Shown: positions 21,363 to 31,295 of the stretch, piece after piece | Numbering within the stretch: the first letter of the stretch is position 1 | Layout: each line of letters starts with the position of its first letter | NCBI GenBank assembly: GCA_022396035.1 | Contig: JAIOXO010000007.1 | Location: 2,473 to 66,472, forward strand | DNA: 64,000 bases | Source: Actinomycetes bacterium | Lineage (GTDB): Bacteria > Actinomycetota > Humimicrobiia > Humimicrobiales > Humimicrobiaceae | Direction of reading: 5' to 3' | Translations under genes and position numbers: made by a program | The notes under the pieces: generated by a model | Database searches by the model: none | Seen by the model: only the letters and a program-made list of their open reading frames with translations | What the model was told of the DNA's origin: nothing

Positions 21363-22633
21363 AGAACCTCCTCGGGAGTAGAAATTTTTCCAGTTACCGC
21401 GGAAGCAGCTGCAACCGCAGGACCACATAAATAAACTTCGCTCTGGGGATGGCCCATCCTGCCCACAAAATTTCTATTGGTGGTAGATAAAGCCCTTTCC
21501 CCTTCTGCCAGTATTCCCATATGTCCTCCCAGACAGGGACCGCAGGTAGGGGTACTTACCACGCATCCCGCCTCAACAAAGGTCTCCAGGTAACCTTTGC
21601 GCATAGCTTCCAGATAAATATTCTGGGTAGCCGGTATAATGATTACCCTTAAGCCTTTTTTCACTTTCCTGCCTTCAAGTATCCTGGCTGATATTTCAAG
21701 GTCTTCAATGCGTCCATTGGTACAGGAACCAATAACCACCTGGTCAATATCTGTACCTTCAAGCTGGCTGGCAGGTTTGGCATTTGAAGGCAAATGAGGG
21801 GTGGCCACCTGCAGATCAATCTTTGAACAGTCTATGCTGTAAGTCTTGTAATAATGAACATCGCTATCGCTTCTATAAACATGGTAGGGTCTTTTAGCCC
21901 GCTGTTTTAAATACTGCTCTGTGGTTTGGTCAGCCTGGATAATGCCGAATTTACCGCCGGCTTCTATAGCCATGTTGGACATAGTAAACCGGGAGTCCAT
22001 TGACATCTGCTCTATAACCGGGCCCCTGAATTCCATGGACCGGTATAAGGCTCCTTCTACCCCTATCAGTCCAATAGTATAAAGTATTAAATCCTTGCCG
22101 GTTACCCATGGATTAAGCTGGCCCGAATATATAAAATTCATGCTTTCTGGAACCCTGAACCACAATTTTCCGGTAGCCATTGCCACTGCCAGGTCAGTAC
22201 TTCCCACCCCGGTGGCTGCTGCCCCCAGAGCTCCATAGGTACAGGTATGGGAATCCGCGCCCACTATAAGATCCCCCGCCACCACCAGGCCCTGCTCCGG
22301 CAACAGGGCATGTTCTATGCCCATCTTACCTACTTCAAAATAATTATTTACACCCAGATCACCGGCAAAACCTCTTACCATTTTACACTGCTGGGCTGAT
22401 TTTATATCCTTGTTGGGAGTAAAATGATCAGGCACTATAATCACCCGGTCCGGATCAAATACTTCCGTTTTTCCTATCTTTTTAAATTCTTTTATAGCCA
22501 GGGGCATTGTAATATCATTGCCCAGCACTATATCCACACGGGCATCTACTATTTCGCCCTCACTCACAAAATCCCTGCCGCAATGTGCTGCCAGAATTTT
22601 CTGGGCCATGGTTTGCGGTTTCTCCTGTGGCAA
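21359..22633 (-). CDS. leuC: 3-isopropylmalate dehydratase large subunit
   Basis: Aconitase-family large subunit with Fe-S Cys ligands (GSCTNGR, CGPCLG). Confidence 0.9.
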   Translation of the reverse strand: MPQEKPQTMAQKILAAHCGRDFVSEGEIVDARVDIVLGNDITMPLAIKEFKKIGKTEVFDPDRVIIVPDHFTPNKDIKSAQQCKMVRGFAGDLGVNNYFEVGKMGIEHALLPEQGLVVAGDLIVGADSHTCTYGALGAAATGVGSTDLAVAMATGKLWFRVPESMNFIYSGQLNPWVTGKDLILYTIGLIGVEGALYRSMEFRGPVIEQMSMDSRFTMSNMAIEAGGKFGIIQADQTTEQYLKQRAKRPYHVYRSDSDVHYYKTYSIDCSKIDLQVATPHLPSNAKPASQLEGTDIDQVVIGSCTNGRIEDLEISARILEGRKVKKGLRVIIIPATQNIYLEAMRKGYLETFVEAGCVVSTPTCGPCLGGHMGILAEGERALSTTNRNFVGRMGHPQSEVYLCGPAVAAASAVTGKISTPEEVL

Positions 22634-22644
22634 CTTATCCTCCT

Positions 22645-24156
22645 TTATTCAATGCTTTCTTTTATTCTGTTCATAGCATCAACATAAGCTTTAATACTGG
22701 CCTCAATTATATCCGTACTTATGCCGCTGCCCATTACTTCTGTACCTTCAGAACTTACTATAATCTTTACTGAACCAATGGCATCCTTGCCTTCTGAAAC
22801 TGCTTCAATATTATAATCAACCAGCTGGGTATTAAGACCTACGATGTCATCAATAGCTTTAAATGAGGCATCAATAGGGCCGTCGCCCCAGGCTGCGGAC
22901 TGCTGAAGCTTATCTTCTATGGTTATGCCTATAGTGGCAGTAGCCCTTACACTGGTTCCGCTTATAACCTGATAGTAATTAAGTTTAAAATACTCCGAAA
23001 CTTCCCTGGTCTCATCTTCAACTATAGCTTTAAGGTCCTTATCATTGATCTGGCCCTTCCTGTCTGCCAGGCTTTTGAACCTGCTGAAAGCCCTCTCTAT
23101 GTCTTCTTCGCTGAGTTTTAAGCCCAGCTCATTGAGCTTGTTTACAAAGGCATGCCTGCCTGAATGTTTGCCCAGTACCAGCTTGGAGGACTTAACTCCA
23201 ATATCCTCCGGTTTTATAATCTCGTAAGTGGTTCTTTCCTTAAGCATACCATCCTGATGGATTCCAGCCTCATGCATAAATGCATTCTTGCCCACAATTG
23301 CCTTATTGGGAGCCACCACATAACCGGTAAGGTAACGGACCAGACTGCTGGTACGCATAATCTCGGAAGTATTTATATCGGTATAGACATCCAGATCTTT
23401 TTTTCTGGTATCTATAATCATGGCCATCTCTTCCAGGGATGCATTTCCAGCCCTTTCACCTATACCATTAACTGCACATTCCACCTGCCCGGCCCCCTTT
23501 TCAATGGCCATTATCGAGTTGGCCACCGCCAATCCCAGATCATCATGACAGTGAACACTGATTATTACATCTTCTATCCCCTTAACATTTTGTTTGAGAT
23601 GCTCAATCAATCTAGAGAATTCATCAGGCAGAGCGTATCCAACCGTATCCGGTACATTTATTATTGTAGCCCCGCTGGCAATAGCAGCCTCATACAGCCT
23701 GCAAAGAAAGTCCCAGTCACTCCTGGTAGCATCCATGGCCGAAAATTCAACTATATCGGTATATTTTCTGGACCTTTTAACTGCTTCTGCAGCCATCTCC
23801 AGAGCCTGTTCCCTGGTTTTTTTAAACTGGTATTTCAGATGGATATCCGAAGAAGAGACAAAGGTATGTATAACCGGCTGCTTTGCAGGCTTAAGAGCCT
23901 GACCGGCAGCATCTATATCTTTAATAATCGCCCTGGCCAGGGCGGCTACGGCCTTTTCCTTAACCTTTTTGGATACTTCCTGCACCGCCTCAAAATCCCC
24001 CACCGAGGATATGGGAAAACCGGCCTCTATTATATCCACATTCAATTTTTCCAGCTGCTGGGCTATCTCCAGCTTTTCCTTAACATTTAAATGTATGCCT
24101 GGAGCCTGTTCTCCATCTCTTAAAGTTGTATCGAATATATATATTTTTCTTGCCAT
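22645..24156 (-). CDS. leuA: 2-isopropylmalate synthase
   Basis: [12 protein letters not shown]-terminus, HxH metal site, C-terminal LeuA allosteric domain. 503 aa. Confidence 0.88.
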   Translation of the reverse strand: MARKIYIFDTTLRDGEQAPGIHLNVKEKLEIAQQLEKLNVDIIEAGFPISSVGDFEAVQEVSKKVKEKAVAALARAIIKDIDAAGQALKPAKQPVIHTFVSSSDIHLKYQFKKTREQALEMAAEAVKRSRKYTDIVEFSAMDATRSDWDFLCRLYEAAIASGATIINVPDTVGYALPDEFSRLIEHLKQNVKGIEDVIISVHCHDDLGLAVANSIMAIEKGAGQVECAVNGIGERAGNASLEEMAMIIDTRKKDLDVYTDINTSEIMRTSSLVRYLTGYVVAPNKAIVGKNAFMHEAGIHQDGMLKERTTYEIIKPEDIGVKSSKLVLGKHSGRHAFVNKLNELGLKLSEEDIERAFSRFKSLADRKGQINDKDLKAIVEDETREVSEYFKLNYYQVISGTSVRATATIGITIEDKLQQSAAWGDGPIDASFKAIDDIVGLNTQLVDYNIEAVSEGKDAIGSVKIIVSSEGTEVMGSGISTDIIEASIKAYVDAMNRIKESIE

Positions 24157-24174
24157 ATAATACCTGCCTGAGCC

Positions 24175-25764
24175 CTAAGTAAGATTTACAATTCTTATGT
24201 TTTCAAAACCAGATATCTTCTTAAACCGTTCCAGCATTTCTGGACTGACCTCTGCGTCCAGGTTGAGCCCCATCACTGCATTTCCGCTTTTTTTCTTCCT
24301 GCCTACATGCATAGCCGCAATATTTACTCCCAGCTGACCAAATGCAGAACCAATTTTTCCAATCTGTCCCGGAACATCCTTGTACCTTATAAAAGCCATA
24401 TAGTCTGAGGGAACCATATCCAGCTCAAACTCATCCACCCTAATAAACCTTGGCTTATTCTTCTTGCCGGTTATGGTGCCGGAAATTGACAGCTTGCCGT
24501 TCTTTCCTTCACCCTCCAGGGTTATAAGGTTTATAAAATCACTGGACTGACTGGTCTTTACCTCCTCCACCTTTAATCCATTTTCTTTTGCAATAAGGCC
24601 GGCATTAACCATATTAACCTCCCGGACAGAATACTTGTTTAATATCTGTACCATTATCCTGGACTTGAGAAGGCTGGTGTCATAATCAGCAACCTTGCCG
24701 CTGAATATAATTTTTATAGACTCCAGGTTTCCTTCAAAAAGGCTGCTGAATAGAATCCCCATATCATCACATAGTTCAAAATAAGGAGATAAAGCCTCCA
24801 TAACCTCTTTAGCCACCGAAGGAGCATTGACCGGGAAGGCAGGGTTGCCTCCGTTTAATACCGATATAACCTGATCTGCAATGATGCTTCCTGCTCTGTC
24901 CTGTGCCTCTTTGGTGGAAGCTCCCAGGTGCGGAGTGCATACCACCCGGTCCAGTTCAAATAATGGTGAATCGGTGCAGGGCTCTTTCTCGTAAACATCC
25001 ACTGCAGCAGCCGCTATCTGTTCATCCTTTATGGCTTGGGCTAAATCCGCTTCCACTACTATGCCTCCCCGGGCTACATTTAAAATAATAGTGCCTTTTT
25101 TCATCTTATTGAATTCCTCTGCCCCAAACATACCCAGGGTATCCTTGTTCTTGGGAAGATGTATGGTTATAAAATCAGCCACCTTATAAATATCTTCCAG
25201 GGTATCTGCTTTCTTTATGCCCAGCTGCTTGAATCTGTCTTCAGATACAAACGGATCAAAGGCAATTACTTCCATGCCCAGGCCCATAGCCTTCTTGGCT
25301 ACCAACCCTCCGATCTGCCCAAAGCCTACAATACCCAGGGCTTTGCCTTCTATTTCCATACCCTTGAATTTAGACTTTTCCCATTTGCCGCTTTTAAGTG
25401 AGATATCGGCTAAAGGTATTTTCCTGGCCACTGCCAGCAGAAGACCTATAGTATGCTCGGCAACAGTAACCGCATTACTGGTAGGAGCATTTACTACCAC
25501 AATTCCTTTTTTGGTAGCTGCATCCAGGTCTACATTATCCACACCGATTCCTGCCCTGCCGATTATCTCCATACTATCTGCTTTCTCTATAACATCGGCA
25601 GGTAGTTTGGTGGCGCTTCTGATTATGATAGCATTATAATCACCGATTACCTTTTTAAGTTCATCAGGACTTATGCCTTTTTTATCATCTACCGTAAAGT
25701 GCTTTTCCAAATCCTGTTTAGGTTTGGGGGAAATTCCATCTGTTATTAATACCTTTTTTTTCAT
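24175..25764 (-). CDS. serA: D-3-phosphoglycerate dehydrogenase with C-terminal ASB/ACT regulatory domains
   Basis: 2-hydroxyacid DH NAD-binding GxGxIG (GIVGFGQIGG). 529 aa long form. Confidence 0.88.
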   Translation of the reverse strand: MKKKVLITDGISPKPKQDLEKHFTVDDKKGISPDELKKVIGDYNAIIIRSATKLPADVIEKADSMEIIGRAGIGVDNVDLDAATKKGIVVVNAPTSNAVTVAEHTIGLLLAVARKIPLADISLKSGKWEKSKFKGMEIEGKALGIVGFGQIGGLVAKKAMGLGMEVIAFDPFVSEDRFKQLGIKKADTLEDIYKVADFITIHLPKNKDTLGMFGAEEFNKMKKGTIILNVARGGIVVEADLAQAIKDEQIAAAAVDVYEKEPCTDSPLFELDRVVCTPHLGASTKEAQDRAGSIIADQVISVLNGGNPAFPVNAPSVAKEVMEALSPYFELCDDMGILFSSLFEGNLESIKIIFSGKVADYDTSLLKSRIMVQILNKYSVREVNMVNAGLIAKENGLKVEEVKTSQSSDFINLITLEGEGKNGKLSISGTITGKKNKPRFIRVDEFELDMVPSDYMAFIRYKDVPGQIGKIGSAFGQLGVNIAAMHVGRKKKSGNAVMGLNLDAEVSPEMLERFKKISGFENIRIVNLT

Positions 25765-25784
25765 AGCTATTCTCTTTCCTGTTT

Positions 25785-26945
25785 CTAAAAATAATTATTT
25801 TCATAGAATACTTTCTGGGCGGCAGCCACACCGGAACCTATCTCCAAATCATACCCAAGCTCGGCCAGTGCCAACTCCAGAGCTGAAATAGCAGTAAGGG
25901 TGTCAAACATACCGAACCAACCCAGGTGGCCGATTCTGAATATCTTGCCTTTCATCTTTCCCTGACCACCAGCAATGGTTACTCCATACTTGGTCCTCAT
26001 TACAGTAGTCAACTTTTTTCCATCAACATCTTCTGGAACCATAACCGCAGTTACTGAGTCCCCCCGGTTTTCCGGTTTGCTTACAAACAGCTCCAGTCCC
26101 AGCTCTTCTACTGCAGTCCGGGTAGCCATAGCCAGTACATGATGCCTCACAAAAACCTTTTCCAGGCCCTCTTCCAGCAACATATCCAGGGCTTTGTTCA
26201 TGGCCACTATGATAGAAATTCCCGGGGTCCAGGGAGTCTGTGGAGGAGTCCTTCTGGCTGCTTCCCTGGCATTAAGCAGATTAAAATAAAAACGGGGAGT
26301 GGTTGATTTTTCTATCAACTCCCAGGCTTTCTGGCTGACACTGATAAAAGCGCCGCCGGTGGGAGCACTCAGCGCCTTCTGGGAACCCCCTATAACCATA
26401 TCCAGGCCCCATTTATCTGCCTCCAGGTCAGATGCCCCCAAACCACTTATGGCATCCACTATGCTTATGGCGTCATATTCTTTTACTATTTTGGCAATAG
26501 CTTCTGCGTCATTTAATACTCCGGTAGAGGTCTCGCTAAACTGAAACATAACCCCTTTTATACCCTTATCATTTTCCAGGGCTTTTCGTACATCTTCCGG
26601 ATCTATGGCCTCTCCCCATTCATAATCAATAGATACTAAATCCAGGCCATACATCTTGCTTAATTTTTTAAATCTCTCCCCGAAGTTACCAACACTGGCA
26701 ACCAGTACCTTATCACCGGCGGAAAATGCATTGGCTACTGCAGCTTCCATAGCCCCGGTACCTGAAGAGGTAAGAAAAAAAACATCGTTTTCGGTCTTTA
26801 AAAGTTTCTTCAGTTTATCAGTTACCTGGGTAAATATTTCAGAAAACTCAGGAGACCGGTGATGCATGAGCGGTCTGGCATGCTCCAGCAGAACATCTTC
26901 AGATATGGGTGTAGGTCCTGGAGTCATTATATATTTTTTAATCAT
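25785..26945 (-). CDS. class V aminotransferase (AGXT/SPT family), probable phosphoserine aminotransferase
   Basis: PLP fold-type I class V motifs. Position immediately downstream of serA suggests the SerC role. Confidence 0.6.
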   Translation of the reverse strand: MIKKYIMTPGPTPISEDVLLEHARPLMHHRSPEFSEIFTQVTDKLKKLLKTENDVFFLTSSGTGAMEAAVANAFSAGDKVLVASVGNFGERFKKLSKMYGLDLVSIDYEWGEAIDPEDVRKALENDKGIKGVMFQFSETSTGVLNDAEAIAKIVKEYDAISIVDAISGLGASDLEADKWGLDMVIGGSQKALSAPTGGAFISVSQKAWELIEKSTTPRFYFNLLNAREAARRTPPQTPWTPGISIIVAMNKALDMLLEEGLEKVFVRHHVLAMATRTAVEELGLELFVSKPENRGDSVTAVMVPEDVDGKKLTTVMRTKYGVTIAGGQGKMKGKIFRIGHLGWFGMFDTLTAISALELALAELGYDLEIGSGVAAAQKVFYENNYF

Positions 26946-26978
26946 TTTACCTCCTCGGTTATTATTTATTGATAGAGA

Positions 26979-27473
26979 TTAAATCTTCCTGCTTCCCCTG
27001 CTGCAGGCAATTTTGCCCGTGCGGGTCAACTCCAGAATTCCATAAGGCTCCAGCAGCTCCTTGAGAGCATTAACTTTACTGGAAGTACCGGTTATCTCTA
27101 TAAGTAAAGATTTCTTGGCTACATCCACGATATTTGCCCTGAAAATATTTACTATTTCCAGTATCTCGGCACGATTCCTGGCATCAGTAGCCACCTTAAT
27201 TAATACCAGCTCCCTCTCTACAATATTATTAGGATCCAGCTCCTGTATCTTTAGTACATTAATCAATTTATACAGCTGCTTTATCACCTGCTCTATACCC
27301 TGCTTATCCGCATGCACGGTAATAGTTACTCTGGATACCCGGTCATCTTCGGTGGGGCCAACCGCCAGGCTGTCAATATTGAACCCCCTTCTGCTGAAAA
27401 GCCCTGAAATTTTGGCCAAGACTCCAGCCTTGTTTTCTACTAATACTGAAATTATATGATTCATATATACCAC
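26979..27473 (-). CDS. ilvN: acetolactate synthase small (regulatory) subunit
   Basis: ACT domain N-term IISVLVENKAGVLAKISGLFSRRGFNI. Start probably at MNHIIS (27464). Confidence 0.85.
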   Translation of the reverse strand: MVYMNHIISVLVENKAGVLAKISGLFSRRGFNIDSLAVGPTEDDRVSRVTITVHADKQGIEQVIKQLYKLINVLKIQELDPNNIVERELVLIKVATDARNRAEILEIVNIFRANIVDVAKKSLLIEITGTSSKVNALKELLEPYGILELTRTGKIACSRGSRKI

Positions 27474-27477
27474 CTGC

Positions 27478-29175
27478 TTAATATTTCCATTCTAGCATTT
27501 CATTTATGGGAGCTCCCGGGGCTACCATGGGATAAACATTTTCTTCAGCTTCAATCCAGAAATCAACCAGAACCACTTTATCCAGATTTACCGCTTCCTT
27601 GATAGCTTTCTCCACCTGGTTCTTGTCGGTAACTCTTATCCCTACCCCACCATAGGCCTCAATCAATTTAACAAAATCAACACACTCCCGTATACAGGTA
27701 TGTGAATACCGTTTATTGAAAAACAATTCCTGCCACTGTCTCACCATTCCCAGATATCCATTATTTAGAAGCATTATCTTTATGGGAATATTATTACTAA
27801 CCGCAGTTGCCAGTTCTTGTGAAACCATCTGCAGGCTCCCGTCACCGGCAATATCTATTACTGTTTTATCCGGCCGACCTGTTTTAGCCCCTATGGCTGA
27901 TGGCAAACCAAACCCCATTGTCCCCAGACCGCCGGATGAAACAAAGGTTCTGGGTTTGGTATAATTGTAAAACTGGGCCGCCCACATCTGATTTTGCCCC
28001 ACTTCAGTACAGATAATGGCTTCGCCCTTGGTAACCTCATAAATCTTTTCTACAATATAGGCAGGCTTTAAATTTGGTGAATCCTTATCATACATCAGAG
28101 GGTATTTCTGCTTAAGATCCATTAAAAAGTCAATCCAGAGCTTCTTCCTGTCCATACTTTTTTTATTATCCAGTTCAAAAAATCTCTGGCTTAAATCCGC
28201 CAGCACATCTTTAGCATTACCAACAATAGGTATGATGGTGTTTACTATTTTGCCTATCTCCGCCGGATCAATATCTATGTGTATTATATCCGCATGGGGA
28301 GCAAATCCAGCCACCTTGCCGGTAACCCGGTCATCAAACCTGGCCCCTACAGCAATTATGAGGTCAGTTTCAGTAAAAGCTATATTGGCATACTTGGTGC
28401 CATGCATACCGGCCATATTCAAAGAAAGCGGGTTATGCTCGGGAAAAGAACCTATACCCAGCAATGAAGTTATTACCGGGATTTTAGCCTTGCCGGCAAA
28501 CTCAGTAAGGATCTGGCTGGCCCCGGAAGAGATCACTCCTCCCCCGGAAAAGATAACCGGTTTCTTGCTTTCAAATATCTTTTTAGCCGCCTGTTTGATC
28601 TGTTTCTGGTTTCCCTTGTAAGTAGGCTTGTAACCGGGCAGGTCTATCTCTGCTGTAATATTTTCATCTACCATTGCCTGGGATATGTCAACCGGTATAT
28701 CTATCAATACCGGGCCCTGCCGTCCGGTGGAAGCAATATAGAAAGCCTCCTTGATTATGGATGGCAGCATCTTAACATCCTTAACCAGGTAATTATGTTT
28801 GGTTATGGGTGCAGTTATACCGGTAATATCAGCTTCCTGAAAAGCATCAGTTCCTATCTCCGAAGTAGAAACCTGGCCGGTTATAGCTACCATGGGTATC
28901 GAATCCATATAGGCATTGGCAATACCGGTAACCAGGTTGGTAGCTCCTGGCCCCGAAGTGGATACACATACCCCGGTTTTGCCGGTAACCCGGGCATAAC
29001 CATCGGCAGCATGTGCCGCACCCTGCTCGTGCCTGGCCAGTATATGCTTTATGTCTGAATCATAGAGAGCATCGTATAACGGTATTACCTTGCCGCCGGG
29101 GTAGCCGAATATTACCTCTACACCCTCTTGCTTGAGACAATTTATTATCATCTGTGCTCCAGTTATTTTACTCAT
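27478..29175 (-). CDS. ilvB: acetolactate synthase large subunit (ThDP-dependent)
   Basis: MSKITGAQMII..., ThDP-binding GDG...NN motif. 565 aa. Confidence 0.9.
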   Translation of the reverse strand: MSKITGAQMIINCLKQEGVEVIFGYPGGKVIPLYDALYDSDIKHILARHEQGAAHAADGYARVTGKTGVCVSTSGPGATNLVTGIANAYMDSIPMVAITGQVSTSEIGTDAFQEADITGITAPITKHNYLVKDVKMLPSIIKEAFYIASTGRQGPVLIDIPVDISQAMVDENITAEIDLPGYKPTYKGNQKQIKQAAKKIFESKKPVIFSGGGVISSGASQILTEFAGKAKIPVITSLLGIGSFPEHNPLSLNMAGMHGTKYANIAFTETDLIIAVGARFDDRVTGKVAGFAPHADIIHIDIDPAEIGKIVNTIIPIVGNAKDVLADLSQRFFELDNKKSMDRKKLWIDFLMDLKQKYPLMYDKDSPNLKPAYIVEKIYEVTKGEAIICTEVGQNQMWAAQFYNYTKPRTFVSSGGLGTMGFGLPSAIGAKTGRPDKTVIDIAGDGSLQMVSQELATAVSNNIPIKIMLLNNGYLGMVRQWQELFFNKRYSHTCIRECVDFVKLIEAYGGVGIRVTDKNQVEKAIKEAVNLDKVVLVDFWIEAEENVYPMVAPGAPINEMLEWKY

Positions 29176-29276
29176 ATCAACTCCTAAATAATTGAGTTAG
29201 TAACAACTTTATAACAGTTTAAATGATTATATCATTTTTTGTTACAATTTCAATTAATTAAATTATCATTTACTAA

Positions 29277-30935
29277 TTATTCCAATACAGCACCCCTATG
29301 GGCTGAAGTCACCATTTTCGAATATCTGGCCAGATAACCCTCAGTAATTTTGGGTTGCGGAGCGCTCCACTTATCCAGCCTCTGATTTATGGTTTGTTCA
29401 TCCACTAACAGGTTTATGCTGTTTGCCTGTATATCTATTTCAATAATATCGCCATCTTCAACGATACAAATGGGACCCCCGGCCTGTGCTTCCGGGGAAA
29501 TATGGCCAATTGATGCTCCTTTGGTAGCGCCGGAAAACCTGCCATCGGTAATTAATGCCACTTCTTTATCCAGACCTATACCTGCAATAGCAGAAGTAGG
29601 AGAAAGCATCTCCCTCATTCCAGGACCACCTTTGGGACCTTCGTATCTTATTACCACTACATCACCACTCACTACCTTATTGGCCCATATAGCCTCCATA
29701 GCCTCTTCTTCACTATTAAAAGTCCTGGCCTTTCCTTTGTGTTTCATCATGTCCGGATCCACTGCAGATTTTTTCACCACACATCCCTCTGGTGCCAGGT
29801 TGCCCCAGAGTATTGCTATCCCCCCATCTTTTGAATAAGGACTGGAAACAGGCCTTATTACATCTGTGTTTTTAATATCAGAATTTTCAACATTATCTTT
29901 AACCTTTTTACCAGTTACCGTTAACATCTCACCGTTTAAAAGACCGTTTTTATACAGCTCATTCATCACTGCCTGTATTCCTCCGGCAGCATACAGGTCT
30001 TCTATATGGTACTGGCCAGCAGGACTGAGCCTGCACAGATTAGGAGTGCCCTTGCTTATCTGATTTACCAGCTCCAGAGAAAAATCAACCTTGGCTTCAT
30101 GAGCTATAGCCGGAAGATGAAGTACAGTATTAGTAGAGCAACCCAGTGCCATATCTACAGTCAGGGCATTTTTAACTGTTTCAATATTAACTATATCCCT
30201 GGGCTTGATATCTTTTTCCACCATCTCCACCACCTTAAAACCTGCCTGCTTGGCCAGTCTTATCCTCTTGGCCAGGACCGCAGGGATGGTTCCATTACCG
30301 GGTAAAGCAAGACCAATAGCTTCTGAAAGACAATTCATGGAATTGGCAGTAAACATCCCCGAACAGCTTCCGCAGGTAGGACAGGCTTCTTCCTCCAGCT
30401 CATACAAATCCTGATCGCTGTATTGACCCTTCTTATATTTTCCTACTGCTTCAAAACAATTGGAAAGATCTATGGACTTAGATCCAAGACTTCCTGCCAG
30501 CATGGGGCCTCCGCTAATCAGTACCGAAGGAATATTCAGCCTTAAGGCAGCCATTAGCATGCCGGGAACAATTTTATCACAATTGGGTATAAGCACCAGG
30601 CCGTCAAAAGGGTGGGCCATAGCAGTAGCCTCTACACTATCCGCTATAATTTCCCTGGTAGCCAGGGAATACTTCATGCCGCTATGATTCATGGCAATTC
30701 CATCACAAACCCCGATAGTACTGAATTCGAGGGGTGTAGCCCCTGCCGTCCTTATTCCTGCCTTCACTGCTTCCGCAATCTTGTCCAGGTTAATATGGCC
30801 GGGTACCAGTTCATTCACTGAATTAACTACCCCTATAATTGGCCGTGATAATTCTTCATCGGTTAGCCCGGTGGCTTTTAACAATGAACGGTGGGACATT
30901 CTCTCTATGCCCTTTTTCATATCATCACTTCTCAA
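29277..30935 (-). CDS. ilvD: dihydroxy-acid dehydratase (IlvD/EDD family), copy 2
   Basis: [29 protein letters not shown]. 552 aa. Likely TTG start (MRSDDMKKG...) with GAGGAGG upstream. Confidence 0.85.
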   Translation of the reverse strand: MRSDDMKKGIERMSHRSLLKATGLTDEELSRPIIGVVNSVNELVPGHINLDKIAEAVKAGIRTAGATPLEFSTIGVCDGIAMNHSGMKYSLATREIIADSVEATAMAHPFDGLVLIPNCDKIVPGMLMAALRLNIPSVLISGGPMLAGSLGSKSIDLSNCFEAVGKYKKGQYSDQDLYELEEEACPTCGSCSGMFTANSMNCLSEAIGLALPGNGTIPAVLAKRIRLAKQAGFKVVEMVEKDIKPRDIVNIETVKNALTVDMALGCSTNTVLHLPAIAHEAKVDFSLELVNQISKGTPNLCRLSPAGQYHIEDLYAAGGIQAVMNELYKNGLLNGEMLTVTGKKVKDNVENSDIKNTDVIRPVSSPYSKDGGIAILWGNLAPEGCVVKKSAVDPDMMKHKGKARTFNSEEEAMEAIWANKVVSGDVVVIRYEGPKGGPGMREMLSPTSAIAGIGLDKEVALITDGRFSGATKGASIGHISPEAQAGGPICIVEDGDIIEIDIQANSINLLVDEQTINQRLDKWSAPQPKITEGYLARYSKMVTSAHRGAVLE

Positions 30936-31001
30936 TTTTCCTCCTCAAATTTTATGTATTTTTTAATATATCTAAATGAAATAATACAAATAGGTAAACC
31001 T

Positions 31002-31048
31002 CCGAAAAAAATAGGATTGAATAGCAAAGTAACTACCGGCAACCCTAA
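31002..31048 (-). terminator. candidate leader attenuator/terminator (UAGGGUUG...CAAUCCUA stem with one G.U, followed by U7)
   Basis: Minus-strand TAGGGTTG (31040-31047 on plus coordinates) pairs with CAATCCTA (31010-31017). TTTTTTTC follows at 31002-31009. The loop is ~20 nt. Confidence 0.3.
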
Positions 31049-31052
31049 AGGT

Positions 31053-31178
31053 TTAGGATAGAATACCGACTAGTAATAGAAAGACTAAAGAAATAATGGC
31101 AACACAAAACACGCTGCTATCACACCAAATAGTAGCAAAACAGCTGTTCAATTTTCCTGCTATTGCCTTATTATCCAT
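31053..31178 (-). CDS. candidate 41-aa leader peptide (MDNKAIAGKLNSCFATIWCDSSVFCVAIISLVFLLLVGILS)
   Basis: ATG 31178, TAA 31053-31055. The C-terminal 16 residues are 11/16 Ile/Leu/Val. The stop lies 5 nt upstream of the terminator-like stem. No good SD, and AT-rich DNA favours such codons by chance. Confidence 0.2.
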   Translation of the reverse strand: MDNKAIAGKLNSCFATIWCDSSVFCVAIISLVFLLLVGILS

Positions 31179-31250
31179 AATTCATAAAAGGAAATATAAT
31201 TAGCCAATTATACTATCATAATTGTATTATTATAACAATAAAAATTAAAT

Positions 31251-31280
31251 AAAAAAGGGCTGGTTTTCACCAGCCCTTTA
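31251..31280. terminator. bidirectional rho-independent terminator (GGGCTGG-TTTTCA-CCAGCCC flanked by A/T runs)
   Basis: Perfect 7-bp GC-rich stem 31257-31263 / 31270-31276. A6 lies upstream and T-rich sequence downstream. Terminates the protease gene on the minus strand. Confidence 0.6.
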
Positions 31281-31295
31281 ATTTCAACCAGTACT

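Larger units (their letters stand above)
30936..31250 (-). promoter_or_regulatory. 315-nt 5' leader of the ilv-leu-ser operon with candidate attenuator
   Basis: Long untranslated leader. TATAAT-like -10 near 31205. Contains a micro-ORF and an 8-bp hairpin plus U7 immediately upstream of the ilvD RBS. Confidence 0.3.

Noticed and set aside
23164-24090. 308-aa plus-strand ORF inside leuA
   Set aside because: Antisense shadow ORF of leuA, with no motifs and atypical composition. The same applies to 2249..2863 (inside hisH), 47716..48360 (inside htrA), 14289..14843 (inside hppA) and 53628..54206.
30936-31250. T-box riboswitch in the ilv operon leader (UUAGGGUUGCCGG resembles the start of the T-box consensus UUAGGGUGGNACCGCG)
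   Set aside because: Only the AGGGU core matches. The UGGN-ACC bulge that pairs with the tRNA 3' end and the downstream ACCGCG are absent. The segment is better explained as the 5' arm of the terminator-like hairpin.
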